A DNA stretch of 64,000 bases from Patescibacteria group bacterium (GTDB lineage: Bacteria > Patescibacteriota > Microgenomatia > CAYGWK01). The position numbers and the translations under genes were made by a program. This document shows, piece by piece, positions 1-9,436 of this stretch. The notes under the pieces were generated by a model. It was given only the letters and a program-made list of their open reading frames with translations. It searched no databases and was not told the DNA's origin. The stretch lies in contig JBMORX010000002.1 in assembly GCA_049322615.1 (NCBI GenBank), positions 11,171 to 75,170 of the forward strand, written 5' to 3'. Every line of letters starts with the position of its first letter. Position 1 is the stretch's first letter.

Positions 1-2030
1 AGACCTACCAGTTCTTCTTCTTTATAAACTCCGCCAAATTCTCTCGATAAAACCTGGCTATCTTGCGCCCCAACCAAAAAGGAAATTAAAGTGCCAGTGT
101 TGCCAAAAATTGCCTTTTGAACCTCCTCGGGCACTTGGGCAATATATTGATTTGCCAAAGCCAAATTCAGGCGATATTTTCGCGCTTCGGATAAAATTTT
201 AATAAAAGAAGAAGTGGCAAAGTTTTGAAACTCATCAACATAAAGATAAAAATCTCGTCTTTCGCTTTCGGGAATCTTAACCCGACCCATAGAAGCCAAC
301 TGCATCTTAGTAATAAACATTGCTCCTAGTAAAGCAGCATTATCCTCCCCTAGTTTTCCTTGAGACAAATTAAGAATTAAAATTTTCCCCTGGTTCATAA
401 TTTCCTCTAAATCAACAGTTGACCGAGGATGACCGATAATTCCCCGAATCATCGGTGAGGAAACAAATTGACCAACTTTATTTAAAATTGGGGAAATGGC
501 TTCAGCCATCAGTCTTTCTGACATTTGTTCAAATTCTTGAGTCCAGAAATTTTGCAAAACCCGGTCGGGAATTTTTTCAACCACTCTCTGACGAAAATTT
601 CGATTGGTTAAAAGTTCGGGAACTTCAACTAAGGTTGAGTCGGGTTTGGAAACTAAAGTCATAATGGCATTTCGTAAAATATACTCAAGACGGGGACCCC
701 AGGAATAAGAATAAAGTTTATAGAAAATAGCGACAATTCCCGAAGCGACCAGTTCCCGATGCTCTGGGTCTTTGACTTCTAGGGGATTTAAATAAAATGG
801 GTGGGCTCGGTCAGAAGGGTCTAAATAGCAAACATCATTTAAACGAAAAGAGGGAATAAAATCCAATAAAATTTCCGATAAATCTCCATGAGGGTCAACC
901 ACGGCCAGACCTTCCCGATTGCGCATATCATTTATGGCCATATTGGCAATTAAGGTTGTTTTTCCCGTGCCAGTTTTGCCAATAATATAAATATGGCGCC
1001 TCCGGTCTTCTTTTTTAATCCCAAAAGTCACCAGTTTATTTTTATGCTCTGTTCTGGCAAAAAAATTAATTTTTTGCTTTTCTTCCTCGGTGGCGCCTAT
1101 CGCAATCGGTAAATTGTCCGGCGGCTCGCCTGTTAATTTTGTCCCCCAGGCAATATTTTTAATCCCCGAAAGTGAAAGTCCAGGTAAATGATAAATGGTC
1201 GCTAACTCTTGAGTATTTAAAATCTGATTTCTTGGCAAAAAATAGGGTTTGCGCTGAAAAATTGCCTTTATAAATTTTTTCTCCTGCCAAAAAGAAGGCT
1301 TTGCTAAAGAAAAGGCATTTCCCTCACCCAAGCTCATGCCGCCAAAAGAACCAGCCAGGTGGTGCAAAAGTGACTGACTTGAAGATTTGCTTTCCGAAAC
1401 CACCAAAAGCCGAATGGCGCTTCTGAATCCTGGCTGGGAAATTTTTTGTTCAATTAATTTTTCTTGGGGATGGGAGGAAACCCGACCATCTGGAAGGGCC
1501 ACCCCTTTGCGCAAAACCGAAGAACCCATCCTTTGCCAACCCTTGCCTGCGGGTAGTAAAACAATTTGCACTAGGGCTTTCTCCTCTTTCTCTGCCCGAG
1601 CTAAAGTTCCCAAAATTGAGGATAAGGGGTCAGTTTCCTTAAAATCCAAATAAGTTTTTAGGGGAAAATAAAATGGCGAGGCAAGTTTGAGTTGGCCAAA
1701 AGCAGGGGTAAGATTATCAGTTAACCAGGAAGTAAGGTAATCAGGCGAAGCCAAAATGGTTGCTTTAGGATATTGGGCCGAGAGTTGGCTTTCAAAATAA
1801 GTTTGAAATTCTTGCGGCAAAACGGCATAAAAATGAATTATTTGATTATAAGTGGCAATTTCAAAGACCAAAGGTTTTTCCCGCGCCAAAAGTCGGTCTA
1901 AAAATGAAGATTTTATGTTTGCTAAAGCAGAAAAACAGGCCGCCATTGCCTCCGGCGTTTCCTCCGATTCTCGCGGCAGTCTCAATTCCAAAATTACCTT
2001 TTCTGGCGGAGTCGTAATTTCTTGAGGCAT
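1..2030 (-). CDS. VirD4/TraD-like type IV secretion coupling ATPase (CPR type), 3' end runs off the window
   Basis: Translated by hand, as it is absent from the ORF track: MPQEITTPPEKVILELRLPRE..., Walker A in RRHIYIIGKTGTGKT (~960-1005), Walker B YLYVDEFQNF, and LSEARKYRLNL..ANQY. TGGTAAAAT -10 lies just upstream of the ATG at 2030. Confidence 0.85.
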   Translation of the reverse strand, partial: MPQEITTPPEKVILELRLPRESEETPEAMAACFSALANIKSSFLDRLLAREKPLVFEIATYNQIIHFYAVLPQEFQTYFESQLSAQYPKATILASPDYLTSWLTDNLTPAFGQLKLASPFYFPLKTYLDFKETDPLSSILGTLARAEKEEKALVQIVLLPAGKGWQRMGSSVLRKGVALPDGRVSSHPQEKLIEQKISQPGFRSAIRLLVVSESKSSSQSLLHHLAGSFGGMSLGEGNAFSLAKPSFWQEKKFIKAIFQRKPYFLPRNQILNTQELATIYHLPGLSLSGIKNIAWGTKLTGEPPDNLPIAIGATEEEKQKINFFARTEHKNKLVTFGIKKEDRRRHIYIIGKTGTGKTTLIANMAINDMRNREGLAVVDPHGDLSEILLDFIPSFRLNDVCYLDPSDRAHPFYLNPLEVKDPEHRELVASGIVAIFYKLYSYSWGPRLEYILRNAIMTLVSKPDSTLVEVPELLTNRNFRQRVVEKIPDRVLQNFWTQEFEQMSERLMAEAISPILNKVGQFVSSPMIRGIIGHPRSTVDLEEIMNQGKILILNLSQGKLGEDNAALLGAMFITKMQLASMGRVKIPESERRDFYLYVDEFQNFATSSFIKILSEARKYRLNLALANQYIAQVPEEVQKAIFGNTGTLISFLVGAQDSQVLSREFGGVYKEEELVG

Positions 2031-2064
2031 AACTGGCTCTAATTTTACCAGATTGGCAGTTTGA

Positions 2065-2426
2065 AGAAAAGATATGGACGGGGAACACTTGTCATTGCTG
2101 GGGAGTGGAGAAAACCCCAAAACAGTAAAAACAAGCGTCCCCGCCCGGTCCGCGACCAACTCAGCGTCTCTCTGGATGCCGATGCTGCGGTGGTCCAGTC
2201 TGGGTTACCATCTCAAACCTCCAAAAAAAGCTACCCAGACGAAACGACTGGTTAAGCCAGTGTGATCGACCTCCGCTTTTGGCGGACACACCGAACTTAA
2301 CCAGTAAACTAAAAGAAGGAGGTAAGCATGAGAGCTATGCCCTATCTAATGAGGCTTAACCTCCTGGAAAAACTAAGGTGCAAAAAGAAAGTTTCAGTCG
2401 CTTTTGACCGAACTTCTTTTTTGATT
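2065..2426 (-). ncRNA. Candidate structured non-coding RNA (~360 nt, six hairpins), family unknown
   Basis: Six consecutive stem-loops whose G-U pairs favour the minus strand, an upstream sigma70-like promoter, a U-rich tail after the last hairpin, and no credible ORF. Confidence 0.55.
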
Positions 2427-2432
2427 AACTTA

Positions 2433-2462
2433 AATGTATCACACTCTGTCAAGTCTGGCAAA
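2433..2462 (-). promoter_or_regulatory. sigma70-type promoter for the candidate ncRNA
   Basis: Minus strand reads TTGCCA-17 nt-TACATT with an extended-10 TG. Confidence 0.55.
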
Positions 2463-3360
2463 TTTTTTTCAGTCTTTTTCGGTATTCTTTCAAAACCCAA
2501 ATCCTGGCATCTTGGGGATGAAAACGGATAATCCCATCGGATATTTTTTCTGTTGTCCGACGGTCCCTCATGTACCATAGCTGAAACTTTTTAGAAAGCC
2601 TTTCAAAAAATGTAAAATTACAAAGAAAAATTAAAAAAGAAAATAATTTTGATATTCGATATATATTTTTGATATTTAATTTTTGATTTTTGATATCTAT
2701 TCCATTTGGCAAATATTTTTCAACCCACGCATTTTCTCTCAAAAACCTTTCGTAGAGATTATCCCGACTCCAGATTGGTTTGAGTTGTAAAACTTCATGA
2801 GCGGAAAATAAATCTCTTTCTTTTTCTGGTACGGCTAAATGGTCTTCATCTAAAAACATATTTAAACAAATTTTATCTTTAACTTCTAAGTCTTGCGGAT
2901 GACGACGTTTTGAGAAAAGTTCAACCAGAAAAACTGTTAAAAACCGAGTAAGCCAAAGCCTGTTTCTTGAAGTTATAATTAACAAATCAATATCATCATT
3001 TTCCTGCGAATTTTTCATTGCCAAGGCACCAGTTATTCCAGTCATCTTAATCCAGGGAATTTCCCGCAAAATTCCCGCAACTTTTTCCGCAAGTTTTAAT
3101 TTTTGTTGAGACCAGGCTTCTCTCTTCTTCCGTAGTTTAACTATATTTTCTCTGTCTGGAAGGTGATAAAAACCTTGGGTTACACGAATTTGACACGAAT
3201 TTAAAACAAATTCAAACCAATGATTAAATTCTCTCTCTCTTCGCCCTTCTCTCTTCGCCCTTCTCTCTTCCCATATCAACCACTTCCAAATCTCTTCTTT
3301 TGTTAACGGGTAGTTAAAGATGTCTCCGTAGGCCAAGGTAGAAAGTATCGCTTTTTTCAT
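2449..3360 (-). CDS. Nucleotidyltransferase-fold conserved CPR protein
   Basis: GITGALAM...DDIDLLII motif. Carries two in-frame repeat-derived segments. Confidence 0.65.
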   Translation of the reverse strand: MKKAILSTLAYGDIFNYPLTKEEIWKWLIWEERRAKREGRREREFNHWFEFVLNSCQIRVTQGFYHLPDRENIVKLRKKREAWSQQKLKLAEKVAGILREIPWIKMTGITGALAMKNSQENDDIDLLIITSRNRLWLTRFLTVFLVELFSKRRHPQDLEVKDKICLNMFLDEDHLAVPEKERDLFSAHEVLQLKPIWSRDNLYERFLRENAWVEKYLPNGIDIKNQKLNIKNIYRISKLFSFLIFLCNFTFFERLSKKFQLWYMRDRRTTEKISDGIIRFHPQDARIWVLKEYRKRLKKICQT

Positions 3361-4820
3361 CTAACCACAGAGGCAGAAATTCCGTATTGGGAAAGAATTT
3401 GCGCTACTCCCGAAGCAGTTGTTTCCAAAGCCTCTTTAGCAGTTTTACCAAAATTGACGCTATTGACCGCATCTTCAAAATATTTAATCATTTTGTCATT
3501 TATGCCATTGTCAAAAGTTCGCGAGCAAAGATACCAAGATCGAGCCGCCAGTGCTTGTTTAACAAAAGCTCCAGCATAAGTATCGCCCTTGATGAGATCT
3601 GCCATATCCATCCTTGAATAAGGCTCGCCAAAGAGCCTAATTTGGCTCTCTGCCTGATATAACTTTTGCATAGTTTCTTTCTGGGAAAGATATTTCAAAA
3701 ACTCAAAAGATTCTTCTTGATATTGAGATTTTTTGGAGACTCCCTCGACCCAATATGTTGCCCAAGTAATATTTGTCCCTTCAAGTTGGGGAACAGGCAA
3801 AACAGAAAATTTAAGATTAGGATTGGCTTTTTTAATTTCAAAAACTTCCCAAGAAGGACCAAAATACATTGCCAGCTTTCCCCCAGCAAAAGCCTGGGTT
3901 GAATTTGGTAGACTCTCATCCCAAACCCGGTCAACCTTGGAAAAAAGAGTAAAATAAGTCAAGGCGTCTTCGGCCAAGGACCCTTGGGGCTTTGAGGGAT
4001 CAGCTCCATTTTGAAGCATCATCAACCCAAGAATATCTGACCAGTGGTCAACATTTTCTGTTCTCCCCAAAGCCACCCCAGAAATTTGAATTTTACCATT
4101 TGCGTCTTTTGTTGTTAGTTCAGTTGCGGTTTTCCGAAGCTCATCCCAGGTTGAAGGATAGTTTTTGCCAGCAGTTTTAAAAATTTCCTCGTTTACAAAA
4201 AGTCCAAGTCCATCAATCTCCAAAGGAATGCCAATATAGGAAGTTCCCATTCTTAAATCTTGTCTGGCTACTGGATAATAATTTGCCTCAAAGGCAGCTG
4301 CGTCCATAATTTTGGCAGGGATTGGGGCTAAATCATTTTTAAGCATTGGCACCCAGGTATTATGGAAGCGAAAAATGTCTGGTCCTTTACCGGAAGCCAA
4401 AGCCGAAGCCAACCTCTCCCGATAATCCCTTGGTGATTGAAAAACATAATTTATTTTTATATTTGGGTGAGCCTTTTGATAGTCAGAAATAAGTCTGAAC
4501 ATGGCGTTTTCCGGCTCCCAAAGCCCCCAATAGGTTAAGGTAATCTCCTGGGGTTTCGTCACTTTTGGCAGGAAAAACTTAAAAATCCCAAATGCCCCAA
4601 TTAGTAAGACTAAAAGGACAAAAATTACGGGTAGGAATTTTTTAATTTTAGAAAATCCTTTTTCCTCCTCTCCCATAATAAATGCTTTAGCCTGAACAGC
4701 AGTTGCCGCCGCCGCTTGTTCCGCCGAAGCTCCTGGCGTCTCGGGAGTGAAGGTCGACTCAGGAGGGACAGTTTCAGGTGACTGGGGTGCTTCTGGTGGG
4801 ACATTTTCTTCTTCGTTCAT
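3357..4820 (-). CDS. Membrane-anchored ABC-type sugar-binding protein
   Basis: TM anchor, GPDIF, PSTWDEL, AFAGGKLAMYFG motifs. Start set at MNEEEN (4820). Confidence 0.85.
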   Translation of the reverse strand: MNEEENVPPEAPQSPETVPPESTFTPETPGASAEQAAAATAVQAKAFIMGEEEKGFSKIKKFLPVIFVLLVLLIGAFGIFKFFLPKVTKPQEITLTYWGLWEPENAMFRLISDYQKAHPNIKINYVFQSPRDYRERLASALASGKGPDIFRFHNTWVPMLKNDLAPIPAKIMDAAAFEANYYPVARQDLRMGTSYIGIPLEIDGLGLFVNEEIFKTAGKNYPSTWDELRKTATELTTKDANGKIQISGVALGRTENVDHWSDILGLMMLQNGADPSKPQGSLAEDALTYFTLFSKVDRVWDESLPNSTQAFAGGKLAMYFGPSWEVFEIKKANPNLKFSVLPVPQLEGTNITWATYWVEGVSKKSQYQEESFEFLKYLSQKETMQKLYQAESQIRLFGEPYSRMDMADLIKGDTYAGAFVKQALAARSWYLCSRTFDNGINDKMIKYFEDAVNSVNFGKTAKEALETTASGVAQILSQYGISASVVR

Positions 4821-4842
4821 TCTTATGCTATCATACAGGAAA

Positions 4843-6600
4843 ATGTTACCAAAAATCAAAAATTTAAGATTAATATCGGTTTCTCTTGCAGGGCTGATTT
4901 TTGTGGTTGTTCTTTCCTATCATCTTGCCTATTTAAATCGAATCTACCCAGGCATCAAAATCGCTGGAATAGACATAGGCAACAAGACCAAAGATGAGGC
5001 TTTCGGAATCCTCTCTTGGGAAGTTCGCCAAAGGCAGGTCAAAGAAATAGTCATAAGTGGTCCAAGCAAAACTTGGAATATTTCTCCTGAAAGCTTGGAA
5101 TTATCTTATGATGTTGAAAAAAGTGTCACTTTAGCCTATCAAATTGGGAGGAACAAAAATCCCCTGAAAGCATCTGGAGAAAAATGGCAGGCTTGGACAA
5201 GGGGAATGAATCTTCCTTTGGAGCTTGGGTATAATCAGTCTCTTTTAGGGGCGAAACTAGAGGAAATTTCTTCTTCAATTTTTATCCCGGCAATTAATCC
5301 TCAAATTAAAATTTTTGAAAAAAGGCTTGGGGGTAAAGGGACGAGAATTGTCATCGACCCTGGAAGAAACGGTCAAGAAGTAGATAAGCGCTTGCTTTCA
5401 GAAAGTCTAATCAGAAATCTTTCTTACCTTTTACCCCAACCAATTACTTTACCCATAATTTATACTCAACCCGCCCTTTCTCTTGAAGAACTTGGAAAAA
5501 GCAAAATCCGGGCAGAAAAATTTCTGGATAAAAGCATTAAACTCACCCTTGAGGATAGATCTTTAACCCTAGACGAAAAAGAGCTAATTGAACTTGTCTC
5601 GCCGCTTAATGGATTCAACCAGGAAAAAATTGCCTCTCTGGCGGCTTCTCTTTCTTTAAGTTTTAATCGCCCGCCCCAAAATGCTTCTTTTCGATTTTCT
5701 GAAGGAAAAGTGACTGTCTTTAAGCCAGCCAGGGACGGAATCAAGGTTTTGGAGGAAAGGTTTAAAACCGAATTAAATCTCCTCCTTGGGAAAATTGAAA
5801 AGGAGGAAGCAAAAGAACAAACATTAGCCGTCTCCTTTGAAAGAATTCCCAGCCAAGTAAAGACCGAGGATATCAACAATCTTGGCATTTCCAAACTTTT
5901 GGGTGAAGGAAAATCTTTTTTTCGGGGTTCTGCCGCCTCTCGGGTTCATAATATTATCCTGGCTTCCTCAAAATTAAATGGTCTCCTAATTGCTCCGGGC
6001 GAAAGCTTTTCTTTCAATCTTGCCCTGGGAGAAGTCTCTCAGACTACAGGATATAAAGAAGCTTACATCATTAAGGAAGGAAGAACGATTCTCGGTGACG
6101 GTGGCGGAGTTTGTCAGGTTTCCACTACTTTATTTAGAGCAGCCCTAGCTGCGGGACTCCCAATTGAGGAGCGTCATCCCCATGCCTATAGGGTATCTTA
6201 TTATGAGCAAAACTCTCCGGTTGGGATGGATGCGACTGTTTTTGCTCCAAGTGTTGATCTAAAATTTAAAAATGACACCCCAGCCTACATCCTTATTCAG
6301 TCTTCTTTAGATAGGCAAACGGGAACTTTGGTTTTTGACCTTTATGGCGCCTCCGACGGAAGAGTGACCACCATTTCCCAATCCCGCATTTGGGATCAGA
6401 CTCCTCCTCCCCCAGCCCTATACCAAGATGACCCTACCTTACCGTTGGGGACAGAAAAACAAGTTGAAAAAGCAATTTGGGGAGCCAAAGTAGCTTTTGA
6501 CTGGAAGGTCGAAAGAGGTGGCGAGGTTTTACAGGAACAAACCTTTTATTCAAACTATCAACCCTGGCAAGCAGTTTATTTACGAGGAATCAAACAATAA
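4843..6600 (+). CDS. VanW family protein with peptidoglycan-binding repeats
   Basis: GGGVCQVSTTLFRAAL, ERHPHAY, GMDATV..P..DLKF. Start set at MLPKIKN. Confidence 0.9.
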   Translation: MLPKIKNLRLISVSLAGLIFVVVLSYHLAYLNRIYPGIKIAGIDIGNKTKDEAFGILSWEVRQRQVKEIVISGPSKTWNISPESLELSYDVEKSVTLAYQIGRNKNPLKASGEKWQAWTRGMNLPLELGYNQSLLGAKLEEISSSIFIPAINPQIKIFEKRLGGKGTRIVIDPGRNGQEVDKRLLSESLIRNLSYLLPQPITLPIIYTQPALSLEELGKSKIRAEKFLDKSIKLTLEDRSLTLDEKELIELVSPLNGFNQEKIASLAASLSLSFNRPPQNASFRFSEGKVTVFKPARDGIKVLEERFKTELNLLLGKIEKEEAKEQTLAVSFERIPSQVKTEDINNLGISKLLGEGKSFFRGSAASRVHNIILASSKLNGLLIAPGESFSFNLALGEVSQTTGYKEAYIIKEGRTILGDGGGVCQVSTTLFRAALAAGLPIEERHPHAYRVSYYEQNSPVGMDATVFAPSVDLKFKNDTPAYILIQSSLDRQTGTLVFDLYGASDGRVTTISQSRIWDQTPPPPALYQDDPTLPLGTEKQVEKAIWGAKVAFDWKVERGGEVLQEQTFYSNYQPWQAVYLRGIKQ

Positions 6601-6724
6601 AATTAACCTAATTTCTAATTGATCTAATTAACCTAAAATTTAAAAATTGGTCATTGGGGTTTGGTTAGAAATAAGCAGAGCTTGTTGCTTCGCAATTAGA
6701 TATTAGAAATTAGAAATTTTCAAA
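6598..6724. repeat. Intergenic inverted low-complexity repeat (CTAATTT/ATTAGAA 7-mers)
   Basis: aatttctaattgatctaattaacctaa ... aattagatattagaaattagaaatt. A related copy lies at 40221-40250. Confidence 0.6.
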
Positions 6725-6726
6725 TC

Positions 6727-8247
6727 ATGGAGGGAAAAATTTCTTTAATAATTAATAGCTTTTTCTTTCTCGCCTTATTTTTGGCTTTTCTTCTTCCGCC
6801 AACTGATCCTGATTTAGGCTGGCATTTACGTTGCGGTCAAGAGTTCTGGCAAAACCACACTTTTTGCAGTCAAAATCAATTTACCGTCCTTTTGGAGAAC
6901 TATTATTGGCCCAATCATCACTGGCTTTATCAGGTAATTTTATTTCCCATTTATAATTTCCTCGGGCTTTGGGGATTAACAATCTTAAATAGTCTTTTTC
7001 TGGCAAGCGCCTTTTTCTTGTTTTTTAAATCATTACCCAAAGACCTAAGAGAAGAAAAAACCTTTCTTCCAATTTTGGCTATCGGCTTAACCATCTTTCT
7101 CGCTTGGGGTGTTTTTTCTTTTGGTATCCGCAGCCAACTTTTGGGCTTTTTCTTTTTTAATTTAATTCTCTTTCTTTGGAGCAAGTCTAGACAAAATTTG
7201 GCACGTGCGGTAATTTGTCCGCTAACTTTCTTGCTTTGGGCTAATATCCATGGTGGTTCTGTCATTCTCGGTCTTGTTCTCTTATTATTCATTTTGATTA
7301 AAGAGTCTTTCTTCGCCCCTAAAAAATTACTTTTCTTTGTTTTTATTTTTCTTCTTTCTGTTTCAGCCACCCTCCTTAACCCCTTTGGCGTTGCCATCTA
7401 CCGAGAAGCCTGGCGCCATTTTGCCGGAGTCAACTTAAGTAAATTAATCGCCGAGTGGGTCCCGCCAACTCCATTTTTCTGGTGGCTAATTTTATTAAGC
7501 GCGATTAGCCTTTTCTTTTTAATTCTGCTTTCTGGGGGAGTAAGAGATTTTATCTTCGCTTTCGCAATTTTTCCCTTTGCTTTTTTGGCTCTTACGGCCC
7601 GACGCCATCTGCCTTTTTATTTTTTGCTTTGGTTTTATCTTTTCTTCACTACTCCAATCTCCAAAAACCTCCTGGTATCTTGGCTAAAAAGAGACTCAAT
7701 CAAAAATGATTTAACTTTTTTAACGGTTGTCCTGTTTTTGGCTCTAGGTTTTTTCTTTCGTTTGCCATTGACAATTCACACCAATCTCTCTTGGCAAAAT
7801 TACTGTCAGGATTCTTCCCTAACTTATCCCTGCAAAGCGGTGGAGTTTCTAAAGACTCAAGGAGAAAAAGGCAACCTTTTTAACCGCTACGAATGGGGAG
7901 GATTTTTAATCTGGCAATTGCCTCAATTTAAGATTTTTGTTGATGGTCGGATGCCGGCTTGGAAAACACCCTCGGGTAAAAGCCCTTACACTATTTACTT
8001 AGAAACATTACAAACTCAACCTGGCTGGGGCGTAAAGTCCGCTAATCAGCCGACCACGCCCCTACCCCGTGAGTCGCCAGAGGCGACTTTTACGGGGTGG
8101 CAGGAAACCTTAAAAGACTATAATATAAAGTGGATTTTGATTAGTCCGGGGACCTTTATGGACCTGCTTTTGCGACCTGAGCCGGGAAAATTCGGTTGGC
8201 AGGAAATCTATCGTGATAAAATTTCGGTAATTTACAAAAAGATATGA
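6727..8247 (+). CDS. Polytopic membrane protein, putative GT-C fold glycosyltransferase
   Basis: DPDLGWHLRCG, LWANIHGG, WGGFLIW..IFVDGR motifs and many TM helices. Confidence 0.6.
   Translation: MEGKISLIINSFFFLALFLAFLLPPTDPDLGWHLRCGQEFWQNHTFCSQNQFTVLLENYYWPNHHWLYQVILFPIYNFLGLWGLTILNSLFLASAFFLFFKSLPKDLREEKTFLPILAIGLTIFLAWGVFSFGIRSQLLGFFFFNLILFLWSKSRQNLARAVICPLTFLLWANIHGGSVILGLVLLLFILIKESFFAPKKLLFFVFIFLLSVSATLLNPFGVAIYREAWRHFAGVNLSKLIAEWVPPTPFFWWLILLSAISLFFLILLSGGVRDFIFAFAIFPFAFLALTARRHLPFYFLLWFYLFFTTPISKNLLVSWLKRDSIKNDLTFLTVVLFLALGFFFRLPLTIHTNLSWQNYCQDSSLTYPCKAVEFLKTQGEKGNLFNRYEWGGFLIWQLPQFKIFVDGRMPAWKTPSGKSPYTIYLETLQTQPGWGVKSANQPTTPLPRESPEATFTGWQETLKDYNIKWILISPGTFMDLLLRPEPGKFGWQEIYRDKISVIYKKI
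8027..8100 (+). mobile_element. In-frame double-hairpin palindromic element (gene-less GIY-YIG cassette derivative)
   Basis: ggggcgt..acgcccc-t-accccgt..acggggtgg adds 24 codons. Its halves match the hairpins at 56336-56371 and 55952-56000. Confidence 0.7.
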
Positions 8248-8313
8248 CCCCACATAACGCTTACTTCGCCTCGTGGTCTACGTCCACGCAGTCGAAGGGC
8301 GCGTATGCGGGGC
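8248..8313. repeat. Intergenic imperfect palindrome
   Basis: ccccacata..cttcg..cgtgg/ccacg..cgaag..tatgcgggg. Confidence 0.5.
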
Positions 8314-8323
8314 AAGCTAGTTT

Positions 8324-9433
8324 ATGGTAATACTAGGAATTGAAACTTCCTGTGACGAGACGGCAGCCGCCGTGGTGGAAGACGGGACAAAAATTTTGGC
8401 AAACGTCGTTGCCTCCTCGGTTGAGCTGCACAAAAAAACCGGGGGAATTATTCCCGAAGTCGCCGCTCGGGAGCAGATAAGATGCATTATTCCGGTAATT
8501 GAAAACGCCTTAAAAGATACTAAGATACTAGGATACTACGATACTAGGCGATTAAAAAAAGAAAAATCACTTAATATCTTAGTCTCTCGGTATCCTAATA
8601 TCATCGATGCCATCGCCGTCACCGTTGGTCCTGGCTTAATCGGCTCGCTTTTAGTTGGCGTCGAGACGGCCAAAACCCTCGCCTGGATTTGGAATAAACC
8701 AATTATTCCTGTAAATCACCTAATCGCCCATATTTATGCCAACTGGCTTTCCTCACCCGCACAACTCACCCCTGACTCACCACCCACTTCTCACCCTCAT
8801 CCTCAATTCCCTCTTATAGCTCTAGTTGTTTCCGGCGGACACACAGATTTGGTTTTGATGAAAAATCATGGAAAAATAAAATGGCTCGGGGGGACCAGGG
8901 ATGATGCCGCCGGTGAATGCTTTGATAAGTGTGCTCGAGTTTTAGGATTAGGATACCCTGGCGGACCAGCCATCGCCGCCACGGCGGCCAAATTACAAAT
9001 TACAAATTACAAATTACAAATTAAATTACCTCGTCCCATGATTGAAGAGAAAAATTTTGATTTTAGTTTTTCAGGACTTAAGACCGCAGTTATTCGGGAA
9101 GTATCACGAGTATCAAAAGTATCACAAGTATCAAAGGAATTGTCTTTTGAAATTCAAGAAGCAATCACCGATGTTTTAGTGGAAAAAACCATTCGGGCAG
9201 CAGGAAAATTTAAAGTCAAATCTATTCTTCTTGCCGGCGGGGTTGCCGCCAATTCCCGCTTGCGAGAGAAATTTCAATCCCATCCCCTAATTACTAATTA
9301 CCAATTACTAATTCCACAACCGCAGTTGTGTACCGACAACGCCGCCTACGTTTCCTCTTTTGCTCATTTCAACTTCAAACCAATTCCTTGGAGACGAGTA
9401 ACGGTCAAACCCGGACTAGAAATCACCCAATGA
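8324..9433 (+). CDS. tsaD: tRNA t6A37 threonylcarbamoyltransferase TsaD
   Basis: ILGIETSCDET, GPGLIGSL, VNHLIAH, VSGGHT, DDAAGECFDK, FSFSGLKTA, CTDNA. Five repeat-derived insertions. Confidence 0.97.
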   Translation: MVILGIETSCDETAAAVVEDGTKILANVVASSVELHKKTGGIIPEVAAREQIRCIIPVIENALKDTKILGYYDTRRLKKEKSLNILVSRYPNIIDAIAVTVGPGLIGSLLVGVETAKTLAWIWNKPIIPVNHLIAHIYANWLSSPAQLTPDSPPTSHPHPQFPLIALVVSGGHTDLVLMKNHGKIKWLGGTRDDAAGECFDKCARVLGLGYPGGPAIAATAAKLQITNYKLQIKLPRPMIEEKNFDFSFSGLKTAVIREVSRVSKVSQVSKELSFEIQEAITDVLVEKTIRAAGKFKVKSILLAGGVAANSRLREKFQSHPLITNYQLLIPQPQLCTDNAAYVSSFAHFNFKPIPWRRVTVKPGLEITQ

Positions 9434-9436
9434 ACC

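Noticed and set aside
2065-2426. RNase P RNA as the identity of the structured region
   Set aside because: The conserved GAGGAAAGTCC and ACAGAA..CGGCTTA segments are absent on both strands.
2328-2531. 67-aa ORF with a perfect AAGGAGGT Shine-Dalgarno
   Set aside because: The SD is one arm of a hairpin, the ORF runs antisense into the 303-aa gene, and the product has no recognisable features.
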